Of a stretch of 33,035 nucleotides of DNA, positions 14,454 through 24,100 are shown piece by piece. The notes beneath the pieces are model-generated. The model worked only from the letters and a program-made list of their open reading frames with translations. It was not told where the DNA came from and ran no database searches. Numbering within the stretch: position 1 is the stretch's first letter; each line of letters opens with the position of its first letter. Source of the stretch: Pseudomonadota bacterium (GTDB taxonomy: Bacteria > Bdellovibrionota > Bdellovibrionia > Bdellovibrionales > SG-bin7); the NCBI GenBank assembly GCA_034439715.1, contig JAWXAY010000064.1, positions 1 through 33,035 on the forward strand. The letters are read 5' to 3'. A program made the position numbers and the translations under genes.

Positions 14454-15247
14454 TTCAAACAGGAGAGGCTCATAAGGATTTTGCTGTCGCTCAGGCAACT
14501 GAGCGGAAGCGACTTATTGGAAAGATTAAATCTGTCAACAGCCTTTCTGAAACTGAGATTAATGAGATGTATCATCTCTTTATTCGCTATTATGAAAATA
14601 CATCTCTGCAAAAGTTTCGCGATGACCTCTTAAGAAAACGTGATGTATTGCTAGCATCAACGGATAAACAAATTATCGGTTTTACTACAATAACCGAAAT
14701 GAAATTTACCACTTCAACTAATCAGTTGGTAGTTGGCCTGTTTTCAGGTGATACGATTGTTAACCAGCTCTATTGGGGAAAAACCCCACTCAAACGCTTG
14801 TTTTTTGTTTATCTTTGGCGGCAAAAAATAAAATATCCCTTTGTTCCCGTATATTGGTTGCTCATTTCGAAAGGCTACAAAACCTACTTAATTCTGACTA
14901 ATAATTTTTTGTCGTATTTTCCTCAGGCTAAACGATCTACTCCTGTTCACATCAAAGATATACTTAACCAATATGCTCGCGACCTTTACGGCGATCGTTA
15001 TGATGCGAGCACAGGACTCATTTACTCGCAAGGTAAGAATGACCATATAAAAAATGGCGTTGCGCCGGTCGACAGCCACCTGAGATCTCAAAATATCAAC
15101 ATTAAGTTTTTTGTGGAACAAAACCCTAACTGGCAGCAAGGCGACGAACTCGTTTGTTTGGCTCGGGTCGACTTTCTGTCACTGCTATTTGGTTTTCTTA
15201 AAGCCATTTTTAAAAGTAAATTTCAAAAATCCAAGCAGACTGAATAA
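14450..15247 (+). CDS. Conserved hypothetical protein with probable GNAT-like fold
   Basis: Motifs IIGFTT, FSGDTIV...YWG, YWLLISKGYKTY and FF..QNPNWQQGDELVCLA. From recollection, not a search, this family often lies near bacterial GH3 genes. Confidence 0.65.
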   Translation: MIQTGEAHKDFAVAQATERKRLIGKIKSVNSLSETEINEMYHLFIRYYENTSLQKFRDDLLRKRDVLLASTDKQIIGFTTITEMKFTTSTNQLVVGLFSGDTIVNQLYWGKTPLKRLFFVYLWRQKIKYPFVPVYWLLISKGYKTYLILTNNFLSYFPQAKRSTPVHIKDILNQYARDLYGDRYDASTGLIYSQGKNDHIKNGVAPVDSHLRSQNINIKFFVEQNPNWQQGDELVCLARVDFLSLLFGFLKAIFKSKFQKSKQTE

Positions 15248-15842
15248 ATAGTTGCAGCAAAACCACAGCTGCCACAAAAGTTGTGAGGCGATTGATAAAA
15301 ATCCACTTTGGATCGTTGGAAGCAAAATAAACATTGTCCTTTTCTTCATTCTGAGAACGAGTTTTTAGAAACAAATAGGCAAACACCCCTTCAAATATTG
15401 TCGAAAAAATAATGACCAGTGCGTAGGAATAACAAACTGAATTAAAATTATTTTCTAACGAAAACTCGCCCCAAAATCCTGATTGCCATCCAAGCACGAC
15501 AAATAAAATAATATGCAGAGTGTCGTGGGTAATTCCGTAGCGCGGAGACCAGTTGTACCAGCGATAGATCATAAATAGCTCTAAAATTCCACGCGTCCAC
15601 CAGCTCACCAAATGACCTACCAATACATATCTAAAATTATCTGGCAGATCTGTGTGAAATAAAAAGAAAAATGGTAAAATAAACCACGTCAAAACTGTAT
15701 AGAATAACCAAATTGATTTTGGCCAAGATATAGGTCCACCCGTCCACGCTTTTTTAGAGTTCTGTCGCCCATGGAAAAGGCAGGCTAAAATGAGAATTAA
15801 AAATGGCCAAAGAAAAATTACCAAATTTAAACCTTGATTCAT
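15210..15842 (-). CDS. Integral membrane protein (~6 TM), function unknown
   Basis: Alternating hydrophobic segments with polar conserved-looking motifs (TGGPISWPK, WSPRYGITHD, VYFAS). Overlaps the convergent gene by 38 bp. Confidence 0.75.
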   Translation of the reverse strand: MNQGLNLVIFLWPFLILILACLFHGRQNSKKAWTGGPISWPKSIWLFYTVLTWFILPFFFLFHTDLPDNFRYVLVGHLVSWWTRGILELFMIYRWYNWSPRYGITHDTLHIILFVVLGWQSGFWGEFSLENNFNSVCYSYALVIIFSTIFEGVFAYLFLKTRSQNEEKDNVYFASNDPKWIFINRLTTFVAAVVLLQLFIQSAWIFEIYF

Positions 15843-15898
15843 TAAACAAGTATAGCAATCATGTAAAAATAATCCAACATTAGTTAAAGGAGCCCTCT

Positions 15899-16444
15899 AT
15901 GCCTCACATAAATACTTCTGCTCAAATGCCAGGAATTGTCGACTTAATGATGACCAATCGAACATCTCATGAAGCGTTAGGTAAATTGGCCAATGCTATT
16001 TTGTTTGAAGAGTCCCCTCTTAGCCGAGGAGAACGAGAAATCATTGCAGCATATGTATCTGTTCTCAATAACTGCCGTTTTTGCTCTCTATCACATATTG
16101 CGATTGCCTCTGGTCTCGCTGACAATGTGGAACCCATTATTGAAGATTTAAAATCCAAGGGTTTTACTGAGAGACTATCTCTTAAAATGAATGCACTTTT
16201 GAAAATTGCCAGCGAAGTGCAAAAAAGTGGACGCGATGTTAAAGATGAATCAATAGCAAAAGCCAAAGCACTGGGTGCCAGCGATGGGGAACTACATGAC
16301 ACAGTATTAGTTGCTGCCGCATTTTGCATGTTCAATCGTTACGTAGACGGATTACAAGCTACCACGCCGGAGCCTGGCCATCCTTACTATAAGCAGGCCT
16401 CCGAAATGATAGTGAGTCGCGGTTACCAGGCGATACCCTCCTAA
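15899..16444 (+). CDS. AhpD / carboxymuconolactone decarboxylase-family peroxidase-related protein
   Basis: LSRGEREIIAAYVS.LNNCRFCSLSH (E-x11-C-x2-C-x3-H) and AAFCMFNRYVDGL. SD AAAGGAG. Confidence 0.9.
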   Translation: MPHINTSAQMPGIVDLMMTNRTSHEALGKLANAILFEESPLSRGEREIIAAYVSVLNNCRFCSLSHIAIASGLADNVEPIIEDLKSKGFTERLSLKMNALLKIASEVQKSGRDVKDESIAKAKALGASDGELHDTVLVAAAFCMFNRYVDGLQATTPEPGHPYYKQASEMIVSRGYQAIPS

Positions 16445-16472
16445 AAAAATTAAGTCAGATACGCCTAGTTCA

Positions 16473-17666
16473 TTACTTAGCCGGTGCCTCCATAAGTAAG
16501 AATGGATTAATACTCTGTCGGACTACAATATTTGCCTCTTTATTTAATCCCGCGTCTTCAAAATAGCCAAACAGCACGCCTTCCATCTGTCGTTGAGGTA
16601 TGTACATCGATTCCATAAAAAAATCGAAAACCGTCGACACGAGCGGGACCGGCGCAAGCCGGATAGCCATTTGTAAAAGGTAAAAAAGTGTGCGCTCATA
16701 GCGAATTCTTGAGGTATTAGAGAAGTCATATCCGACAGATAATTTATCAGATACCACGCTCCAGGGGTTCACAAGGTTTAACACCTTATTTAACGATCCC
16801 ACTTCGCCAGAATGAAAAGCAAAACCATGCTTTTCTCCCCATTTGCTAACTTCAGAGTTTCCTGAATTTTTTCTCTTTTCGGCCTGAACTAAAAAGTCCA
16901 CATACTTACCTTGTCCATACTGATCCCAGTTAATTTTGGCATAATTTCTTTCCCAGAAATCCCACCAGGCAATACGGGACTCAAATACTGAGGATGTAAT
17001 CTTATTAGCTTCGACTCGGGTTATACCAAATTTCTCTGGGCCATATTTATCAAAATGATATAGAATATAATTTTGAAAGAACGTACGCCGCTCTAGTATC
17101 ATGTCGAACAATGTTCGAATCACAAAAATTGCGACATTGACGCCATAAGAATTACCGACAGCTAACTTAACAAGATCCAAGGCTTGCATGGCGATCTTCA
17201 TCGCCTGTTCATTGGCGTTAAAATAAGAAGGATTATCTGGCACCGCTAATACACGAAAATCATGGCCTTCTGATTCGGCCTGTTGAACCAAGTACTCCAT
17301 TGCATTTCTCACGCTGGGATCGTCTAGAACAGGTTTCAAGTCATACTCTTTGAGGAAAACCAGAGATTGTTCGACCATTTCACGACTTCCGAGTGGCCAA
17401 TCCTTAGATTCACCAGCCATCTTTAAAACGGAAGTGCTATTTGCACTTTTTATTTTCTCTTGTGCCGCCAGTATGTCATCCACAAAGTTCTGAACAATAT
17501 TTTTCTCTGAAAATCTTTGTCTGTTTTTGAGATAGACGCGTTTCAATCCGCCACTGGCATCGCGTTCTACCTGTACTCTTCCAAAAAAAGATTGACCAGT
17601 GTCTGATTGGGCCGCAATAGGAGACAAAAGTGTCAATATAAAAAGATAGATCATAAATTTCGTCAA
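16473..17666 (-). CDS. Secreted hypothetical protein (397 aa)
   Basis: TTG start with SD GGGGAGG and signal peptide ...LTLLSPIAA. No recognisable domain. Confidence 0.78.
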   Translation of the reverse strand: MTKFMIYLFILTLLSPIAAQSDTGQSFFGRVQVERDASGGLKRVYLKNRQRFSEKNIVQNFVDDILAAQEKIKSANSTSVLKMAGESKDWPLGSREMVEQSLVFLKEYDLKPVLDDPSVRNAMEYLVQQAESEGHDFRVLAVPDNPSYFNANEQAMKIAMQALDLVKLAVGNSYGVNVAIFVIRTLFDMILERRTFFQNYILYHFDKYGPEKFGITRVEANKITSSVFESRIAWWDFWERNYAKINWDQYGQGKYVDFLVQAEKRKNSGNSEVSKWGEKHGFAFHSGEVGSLNKVLNLVNPWSVVSDKLSVGYDFSNTSRIRYERTLFYLLQMAIRLAPVPLVSTVFDFFMESMYIPQRQMEGVLFGYFEDAGLNKEANIVVRQSINPFLLMEAPAK

Positions 17667-17820
17667 ACTGAACCTCCCCGTTGATATTTAGCCTTCGGCA
17701 GATTGGTTAAATAACTGTTTAGGTCAACAGCAACTGTTCATTTTAATTACGAGGTAAGCGGAGATTCTCAATAAAGCACTTCGAATTTCTGGCGCTAGCA
17801 TTGTTATGTTTCTTTTTAAA

Positions 17821-19179
17821 TTAGATTTTAATGCTGGCGCGGCCCTTAAGCGTAACCGTATGTTTATTGATCTCTATCATTTTGGGGGTCCCAACGAGTT
17901 CAAATAGAACTTCATTGAGTCGATGAATGGTCATTCGTAAGCTGCGATAATAGATCGAATCAAAGTCAACAAGCCAAATTTTTTGAATTAGGGACTCAGT
18001 TGTAACTTGTTTAGATATAGACAGGGCCTCCATAATCTCTAAAAATCCGGAGCGCCGAGCAATATCAATAGATTTAGTGCCAAAGAATAATATCTTTGAG
18101 GCCTGATTAAAATTGATTGAAATATCTTCGTTAATTATCAAAATAGAGTGGTATCGAGATAGCCACAGTTGTTGCGACTCCGGTGTCAAAGAGTCCAAAA
18201 TAACCTTAAGAAGATTTCTTAACTCATTGGTATCAGAAGTATCCTTTGAAACGGCGAGATTCAGACCAAGTGCTCTAATATAACAAGTCACGGGCAGTGT
18301 CCTGGACAGAGCGATTAAGTTTCTAAAATCTGTTTTGTTTTCTCCGCTAAGGGCTATGCGATGAATTTCTTTTTCATATAGATTTAATTGAGCAAATTTC
18401 ATAAACTTAAAAAGTCTTTTATCGATTCTGTGATTTTGCAGGAGAAGTTCTTCTAAAAAATCATAGAATATTAGCTGTTTATCAACTTCACTAATGTGTT
18501 CATTATTTAAAATTTCTATTAATCTATTTGTGGCGTTTTTTGCACCGGCCAATGTCAGTTCTGATAACAGTAGTGCGTGTTGCACATCTACGTCAGCATG
18601 AAGATTGATGTCTGCCGAGCCGACGCTTATCATGCGTCTATAGGTGTTGGCTAACATTCCACTTAAACGAAAAGTCGACATGACTCTCATGGCTTGAGCC
18701 ATAACCCGAAAAAATCGCGGAACATCTTTGCGTTCATCCATTTGGATCATGAGTTGATTATAAAGTTTAGAGGCAGCGGCCACCTCACCGTCTTCTTCTA
18801 AAAATTTGGCGATGTTCAACTCGACCATTGAGCGTCTTTCAGAACAAAGAAAATCCTTATTGATTTCATAGGCTGCCTTTAAATCTTCAAAGGCAAACTT
18901 CCAATTTTTGAAATCAGAAAGCAGATAGAAGCACATGGCAATGTCGGTCAAGATGGCTACATGACTCCCAAAGTCTTTTTGGATTTGTAATAGCAAACCA
19001 AGTGCTTCGTTAATTTTACCAGTGAACATTAAGATTTCAGCCTGGCTATGCCCCAATATTCGAGACTCAACAACAGATTGAGGCTTATAACTTTCGATCA
19101 AACTGAGTGCTTTTTTGGACTGTCCGCCCTCGGCTAACTTAAATGCTTGGCTTTTTAGTGTTATAGCTAGATTCGACAT
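17821..19179 (-). CDS. Putative transcriptional regulator: TPR-like helical repeats plus C-terminal OmpR/PhoB-type winged HTH
   Basis: ATG 19179 with SD GGGAGG, 1 bp after the upstream stop. TPR-like segments (AEILMFTGKINEAL, AKFLEEDGEVAAA) and C-terminal ESLIQKIW...RSLRMTIHRLNEVL. No receiver or ATPase domain. Confidence 0.75.
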   Translation of the reverse strand: MSNLAITLKSQAFKLAEGGQSKKALSLIESYKPQSVVESRILGHSQAEILMFTGKINEALGLLLQIQKDFGSHVAILTDIAMCFYLLSDFKNWKFAFEDLKAAYEINKDFLCSERRSMVELNIAKFLEEDGEVAAASKLYNQLMIQMDERKDVPRFFRVMAQAMRVMSTFRLSGMLANTYRRMISVGSADINLHADVDVQHALLLSELTLAGAKNATNRLIEILNNEHISEVDKQLIFYDFLEELLLQNHRIDKRLFKFMKFAQLNLYEKEIHRIALSGENKTDFRNLIALSRTLPVTCYIRALGLNLAVSKDTSDTNELRNLLKVILDSLTPESQQLWLSRYHSILIINEDISINFNQASKILFFGTKSIDIARRSGFLEIMEALSISKQVTTESLIQKIWLVDFDSIYYRSLRMTIHRLNEVLFELVGTPKMIEINKHTVTLKGRASIKI

Positions 19180-19180
19180 A

Positions 19181-20278
19181 TCAGCCTCCCGGCCCTCTTG
19201 GCCTGGGGCCACCATGACCATTATAAGCGCTGTTCAAGCCTTTTTCTCTGAGGTTATATATGGTCTGAAGATTTAGTAACTCTTTATTGGCGCTACTACT
19301 GAAATAATCTTCAATGAGACCGCGAGTCTTCATACTGGTATCAGCTAAATCTTGAAGTGCAATGGGATCCGTCGAGAACTCAATTAGACCCGGCTCCTCA
19401 TTAAAAGCTCTTCCGCTCATTATTTTAATGAGAGATCTTTTTATCAAAGCGTAAGTATTCTCCGGAGACTCTTTAGAATTAAGTAATTTTATTTTACCAA
19501 TTTTATACTGAGGAGAGGAGGGGAATAGAAGATCAAGCGTCGCTTGAAAAACTTTTTCTTGATCGACACTGGCTTCGCCTCCGAAAAATGGTTTATCTAA
19601 CAAACTTTCGTGCCACTCGGATAACGGCAAGTAAGCTTTGACAAACGCTTTCGAATTTTTTTCAGACCTTTGAAATTCGAGATAGAATTGAACTTCTGCT
19701 AAAATAGCTCTATATTCTGCCAAAAAGGAGTCAATTGAATCTCCTGTTGGTTGATTCCCGTCTAACATATGGAATAATTCGTGGACAAAAGTGGTAAGAC
19801 CGGCTTGAACAGACTGATAGTTATTGAGAGCGATGATGCCGCCCACATCATCTTGGGCGTGAAACGCGCCCATCAGCTCATGCCGAATAGTCTTGTCGTT
19901 GACCCACATTGGTTGCGCCCAGTCTACAAAGCCATTTTTTAATGGCACGTCTGAATAAAGTCTAAGAACAATTGTATTCCGAAAGGCACGGTCGGCCAAA
20001 AGTTTTCCGTACTCTGTGCTAACTAATTTATTGCGATATGTACTATTTATTTTCTCTTCTATATAAGAAGTACCAGCATTTGGTGGTAATAAAAGCGAAT
20101 GAAAGCCACGCAGGCCTCTTAAAGCTGGGGAATATTTGCGCTCAACATATTGTCTCGCGACCACGGCTTCATCAGGTGAGATGCCCTCTAACATTTGGTG
20201 ATAAGCCGTGACTTCAGAGCGTGAGATTTCTCCTACCAAAAGGCCGCAAATTGCTGCTAGTGTAAATACTTTTGACAC
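19181..20278 (-). CDS. Secreted HEXXH (gluzincin-like) metallopeptidase-domain protein
   Basis: GTG start with SD AAGGGA, hydrophobic leader, TTFVHELFH followed about 17 aa later by AEYRA (candidate third Zn ligand), and C-terminal GGPRPRGPGG. Confidence 0.7.
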   Translation of the reverse strand: MSKVFTLAAICGLLVGEISRSEVTAYHQMLEGISPDEAVVARQYVERKYSPALRGLRGFHSLLLPPNAGTSYIEEKINSTYRNKLVSTEYGKLLADRAFRNTIVLRLYSDVPLKNGFVDWAQPMWVNDKTIRHELMGAFHAQDDVGGIIALNNYQSVQAGLTTFVHELFHMLDGNQPTGDSIDSFLAEYRAILAEVQFYLEFQRSEKNSKAFVKAYLPLSEWHESLLDKPFFGGEASVDQEKVFQATLDLLFPSSPQYKIGKIKLLNSKESPENTYALIKRSLIKIMSGRAFNEEPGLIEFSTDPIALQDLADTSMKTRGLIEDYFSSSANKELLNLQTIYNLREKGLNSAYNGHGGPRPRGPGG

Positions 20279-20331
20279 TTAATTTTTCCCTTGGTTGACG
20301 GAGTCCTGTTCGCAGTAAAAGCCAGTAAAAA

Positions 20332-20347
20332 AGCAATTTGTATGCCA
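20332..20347 (-). promoter_or_regulatory. Sigma54 (RpoN) -24/-12 promoter
   Basis: Minus strand reads TGGCATACAAATTGCT, an exact GG-N10-GC match to TGGCACRNNNNTTGCW except position 6. It lies 53 bp upstream of the 20278 start and just downstream of a terminator. Confidence 0.78.
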
Positions 20348-20390
20348 CTGGTTTATAGAGATCTCTCACCCAGACCCCGGACCCACCTAT

Positions 20391-20421
20391 AAAAAAAATG
20401 AGGAGCCAAAAATGGCTCCTC
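20391..20421 (-). terminator. Rho-independent terminator of the 20446-20958 gene
   Basis: Perfect 10-bp stem TGAGGAGCCA/TGGCTCCTCA with a 3-nt loop, followed by T8 on the minus strand, 24 bp after the stop codon. Confidence 0.88.
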
Positions 20422-20445
20422 ACGAGTATAAATTGGCACTTATAA

Positions 20446-20958
20446 TTAGTTAAGTGCTTCGCCTGCAAGAGTTGAATGTGTCTTAAAAATTTGACGATTC
20501 ATGCGGCCGTACCTTTCAGTCTCGTACACCACTGCTGTTTCAGGAAAACTCTGAATTGCAAGGCAGTGTGAAGAAAACTCTCGATTGTCGTGAACTTTAA
20601 GCATTTGACGGATTCCATCTACCGGCAATTTATTTTCTTCAGCTATATATACTGTAGTCCCACAAATTCCACTCTGAATCGTGACAAGTGGTAAAGAAAT
20701 AATAATTGGTGCAGGCATTGATTGTGCACAATATACTTCAGGCGGACAGTAGAATTTTTTATTTAGAGTCAGATTAATCTTTTTGGTTATTAGATCAACT
20801 GAAACGCTGGCGCTCTCAATATCATTGGCATACGACAACTGCTGATCGAGATTCCATTTAGTGAGGTTGGCAGAAAGTGCCTGTGGTGCGACAAAGGCGA
20901 CTGCCATCTGACTTACGAACAAACTTGCGATTAGGGTGGCTAAAGATACTGTTTTCAT
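20446..20958 (-). CDS. Small secreted protein with four Cys including a CPxxxxCAQxMP loop
   Basis: ATG 20958 with SD AGGAGG and signal peptide MKTVSLATLIASLFVSQMAVA. Confidence 0.8.
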   Translation of the reverse strand: MKTVSLATLIASLFVSQMAVAFVAPQALSANLTKWNLDQQLSYANDIESASVSVDLITKKINLTLNKKFYCPPEVYCAQSMPAPIIISLPLVTIQSGICGTTVYIAEENKLPVDGIRQMLKVHDNREFSSHCLAIQSFPETAVVYETERYGRMNRQIFKTHSTLAGEALN

Positions 20959-21149
20959 TTTTTCCTCCTGGGAAAGTTTTAAAGAACCGGACAAAACGAA
21001 ATATAGCCCAAAGTGATATATTAGAAAAATTATTAGATATTATCTGTGTTCAGAAGTTATAATTCTTGTCGCACTGCCGTGGACCTAAGCATTTCATGTG
21101 TTTAGTGAACAATGGCTTATTTCTGTCAGGAGTCTAAATTCTGAGGCAT

Positions 21150-24100
21150 TTAATTCAGCGAACTTGCTTCACACTTTTTAAGAGAGTCATATATATTTTT
21201 GGTATGCAAAAATAGGTTATTATCTAGGATTGGTTTCAAAAGCTCCGGCAAAGCCAAATTAAATTGTCGATACAAGGCTTTGTTTTCTAAAACTAGCGCT
21301 GCCAATCGTTCGCGGCGCCAGGATTCCAAAACTGAGAGATTGTAGGGAGTTTGAATCTTATTTTTTTCAAGCCAATCCCAATAGCTTTTGAGCTTTTTGC
21401 TATTGGCCTGGACATACTCCTGCGTCCGCTTTTCATAAAATTCTTGGGACTGAGTATGGTGCCATCCTTTTCTAAAAAGAACCTCAAAAGGAGCATAAAA
21501 GAAGTTAGCCTCCCAGCCCTGCGGCCATTCGGGAAAGTTACTCTGACGATATTTTTCGGCCGCTTTATAAACCTCGGGATACTCCAACTTAATAAGCTCA
21601 TCGGTCCACATGCGCTCATGAAGGGAAATCTCGCTGGCTAAGCGGGCAAACTCTTCCCCTCGGGCTAAGAAGGAATCAATTTTTTGTGCCACTTCACTAG
21701 AACAAACATTTGCCGCTACAGTATCCCAATCCACATTATTAGTTTTTACGACAAGTGATTTCTCAAACTTACCCTTTATTAACTTAGGCCATGTTTCCCT
21801 GTTTTCACCATAATGAGATTTGGATTTGGCTATGAAAGAGTGTTCATTGCAAAACGTTTTACGTAAATCTTCAAGAAAATAATCGCTCGTTACCATAGGA
21901 ATATTTTCGCCCTCAGGATAAAGAATATTCCTCATGATTTCCAAGCTCGGGCGCGGAACTTGTTCAAATAGGCGAAACCACAGATCGGACTTCATATCTG
22001 TATTAACCACATATTGTAACTGAAAATGATTTACCGACGCCAGTCCGCACTTATTGAGGGGGTACTGATGGCCCACGTATTTTTTATTGAATTCCCAAAG
22101 CGATGCAGGAATTAATCGTGAAGGCGATGCTAAAACAGAACCTGCGAAACATGAAGAAACAACTGTTCTAACCATCGTATCTTCAAACAATTCGCGATAG
22201 AAGTCGTTGAGCGTTAACTGGTCGAGTAGTGATTTTCCCCAAAGTGCGAAACCCGCTGGTGAACCGTGACCACCAAGCGCCACTGTTAGTCTCTTAGGGT
22301 TTTCCTGTGAAATATCATGCAGTGCCTGCCTAAAGTTTTTCAGAGTAGCCGCTATATAGGGTGTTTGACCTTTCGATAAAGGGCGAAAAGGAAACCCCCT
22401 GCTCTCGTCTAAATCTGGCAAAGTCATGGGGTCTCGGTATACAAAACTAAAATCCTTGTCATTGACCAAGGGTTGGGAAGACTCGTTTAGCGCGATTGAC
22501 TTACTGTAGGGTCCACCAGCGTTGAGTACCTTGGCTTTAGTTTGAAAGAGACCATAGTAAAAAGATCTCAGAAAAATTTCATTGCTTTCAAAATTCGATG
22601 CCTCGGAATAACCGCCGTTGACCACAAGAAATTTTGTCTCAAAATCTATTGGGTTGCCACTAGACTTTTCAAAAATCGACGAGAGTTGGTTTTTATCAAA
22701 TCCCTTAAAAAATGTCTTCAGAGCTATCTTATATTGGTTTTCGCTACCATTAAAGCGCAGTACATCTTCTAAGGCGGGCCGCAAATATTTTAAATCCAGA
22801 CCCAAGTTCAGAATAAGTTCTTGAACTAGGTCATTTAAAGAATCATCACTGGCTAATGTCAGGGCGGCCGCCCCAAGTTCTGAAAAATAAAAAGAATACC
22901 TAGCTTCTGTCGTCTTTAAGTTTTTACCTAGTCCTCTATTAAAGCGATAATCGTGGCCTACAACTCGTTCGCGCATAAGATGCTTGGCCAACTCCCTCAC
23001 TGAATTATCTTCGTTTCCAGCAGCCACCAACCAAAGTATTCTGTAGTTCCATTGATCAGGATATAAAGTAACGATAGGAAGCACTCTTTTTACAAACTTT
23101 ACCACTTGGGGTTCGTCGGAGTTTTTAAGGAGTTGCTGATCAAACCCTCGCAATCGAGCTTTTGCTTCAAGAGGAAGAGCCTTTCCATTGGCTGATTCTT
23201 TAAACGCCCTTTGATATTCCTTGATCATTTCGTCGATCCATACTTCGGATAGACCTGCATTATTGAGCGTTGGCTTCGGCAAAATAGCCTTTAACTTTTC
23301 CTTCCCGTAGGCCTGCTCAAAGGTGTCTCGGTAAAATTCCAATGGATATCTGCAAGATTTCGGAATACAAATTTCAAAAAATTTTTGAACTGGTTCTAAA
23401 GGTAAAAAACCTTTGGCGACCAAACTAATAATCTCTTTCTTTTTGGACAACTCTTGAGATAATTGAAATTGACTGGAGGCTAAATCAAGAATTGTGAGAA
23501 TAAATTGATTATATCCCTCACTATTTGAAATGGTGGATTTAATCGCGATTTTTCTTAGAATATTTAATGATATTTCTTTTAGCTCATTGGGACCGAGTAA
23601 ATAGACAGTCATTAATAGGTGATGGTCGATGTAGTTCGTGCTGGCCTCTAGGCGCCACAGATTTTCTTTAAGAGCTTTGTGCATATCTTTGTGTCCAACA
23701 TTTTCTTTAGTATAGGCATTCACATAGAAATTTATTTCGCCCTGATCAAAATTGGCAGTGGACAGATTCTTTAACTTTTGTAACACCATTTGATGAATTT
23801 CGCGATTGGCCCTCTGACGCAAGTCACTTAAGTACTTCGGTCCCTTCAGTCGCGCTAATAGTTCCTCGGCAATTTGTCGCTGTCGAGGGACATTTGAGTG
23901 TGCGTCGCTCTCTAATTGGGGCATTAAGGGCGCAAAATTTCTAATAGCTTCAAAGTAAAGCTTTACCACTAATGGTACCGAAAGAGTTACATCGAAAATG
24001 CTGAATCTTTTTAATAACGCGTAGAAAAAGTACTCATAACTTTCAGGCTTTTCTTGCTGACGGGTCATGCGCCGACCTTCGCTACTCCGAGACTCAAAAT

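Noticed and set aside
2263..17820. Genomic island integrated at tRNA-Gly
   Set aside because: No integrase, no duplicated tRNA 3' end (attR) seen by eye, and no obvious compositional shift. It cannot be fully excluded without comparative genomes.
19180..19221. Extended N-terminus (MVMVAPGQEGREAD) of the TPR-wHTH ORF, and similar extensions at 720-809 and 20959-20994
   Set aside because: Better starts exist downstream (19179 and 20958 have strong SDs; 719 avoids the regulatory region).
20214..20468. 84-aa minus-strand ORF bridging two genes
   Set aside because: It runs across a clear terminator and a sigma54 promoter and overlaps both neighbours, so it is probably spurious.
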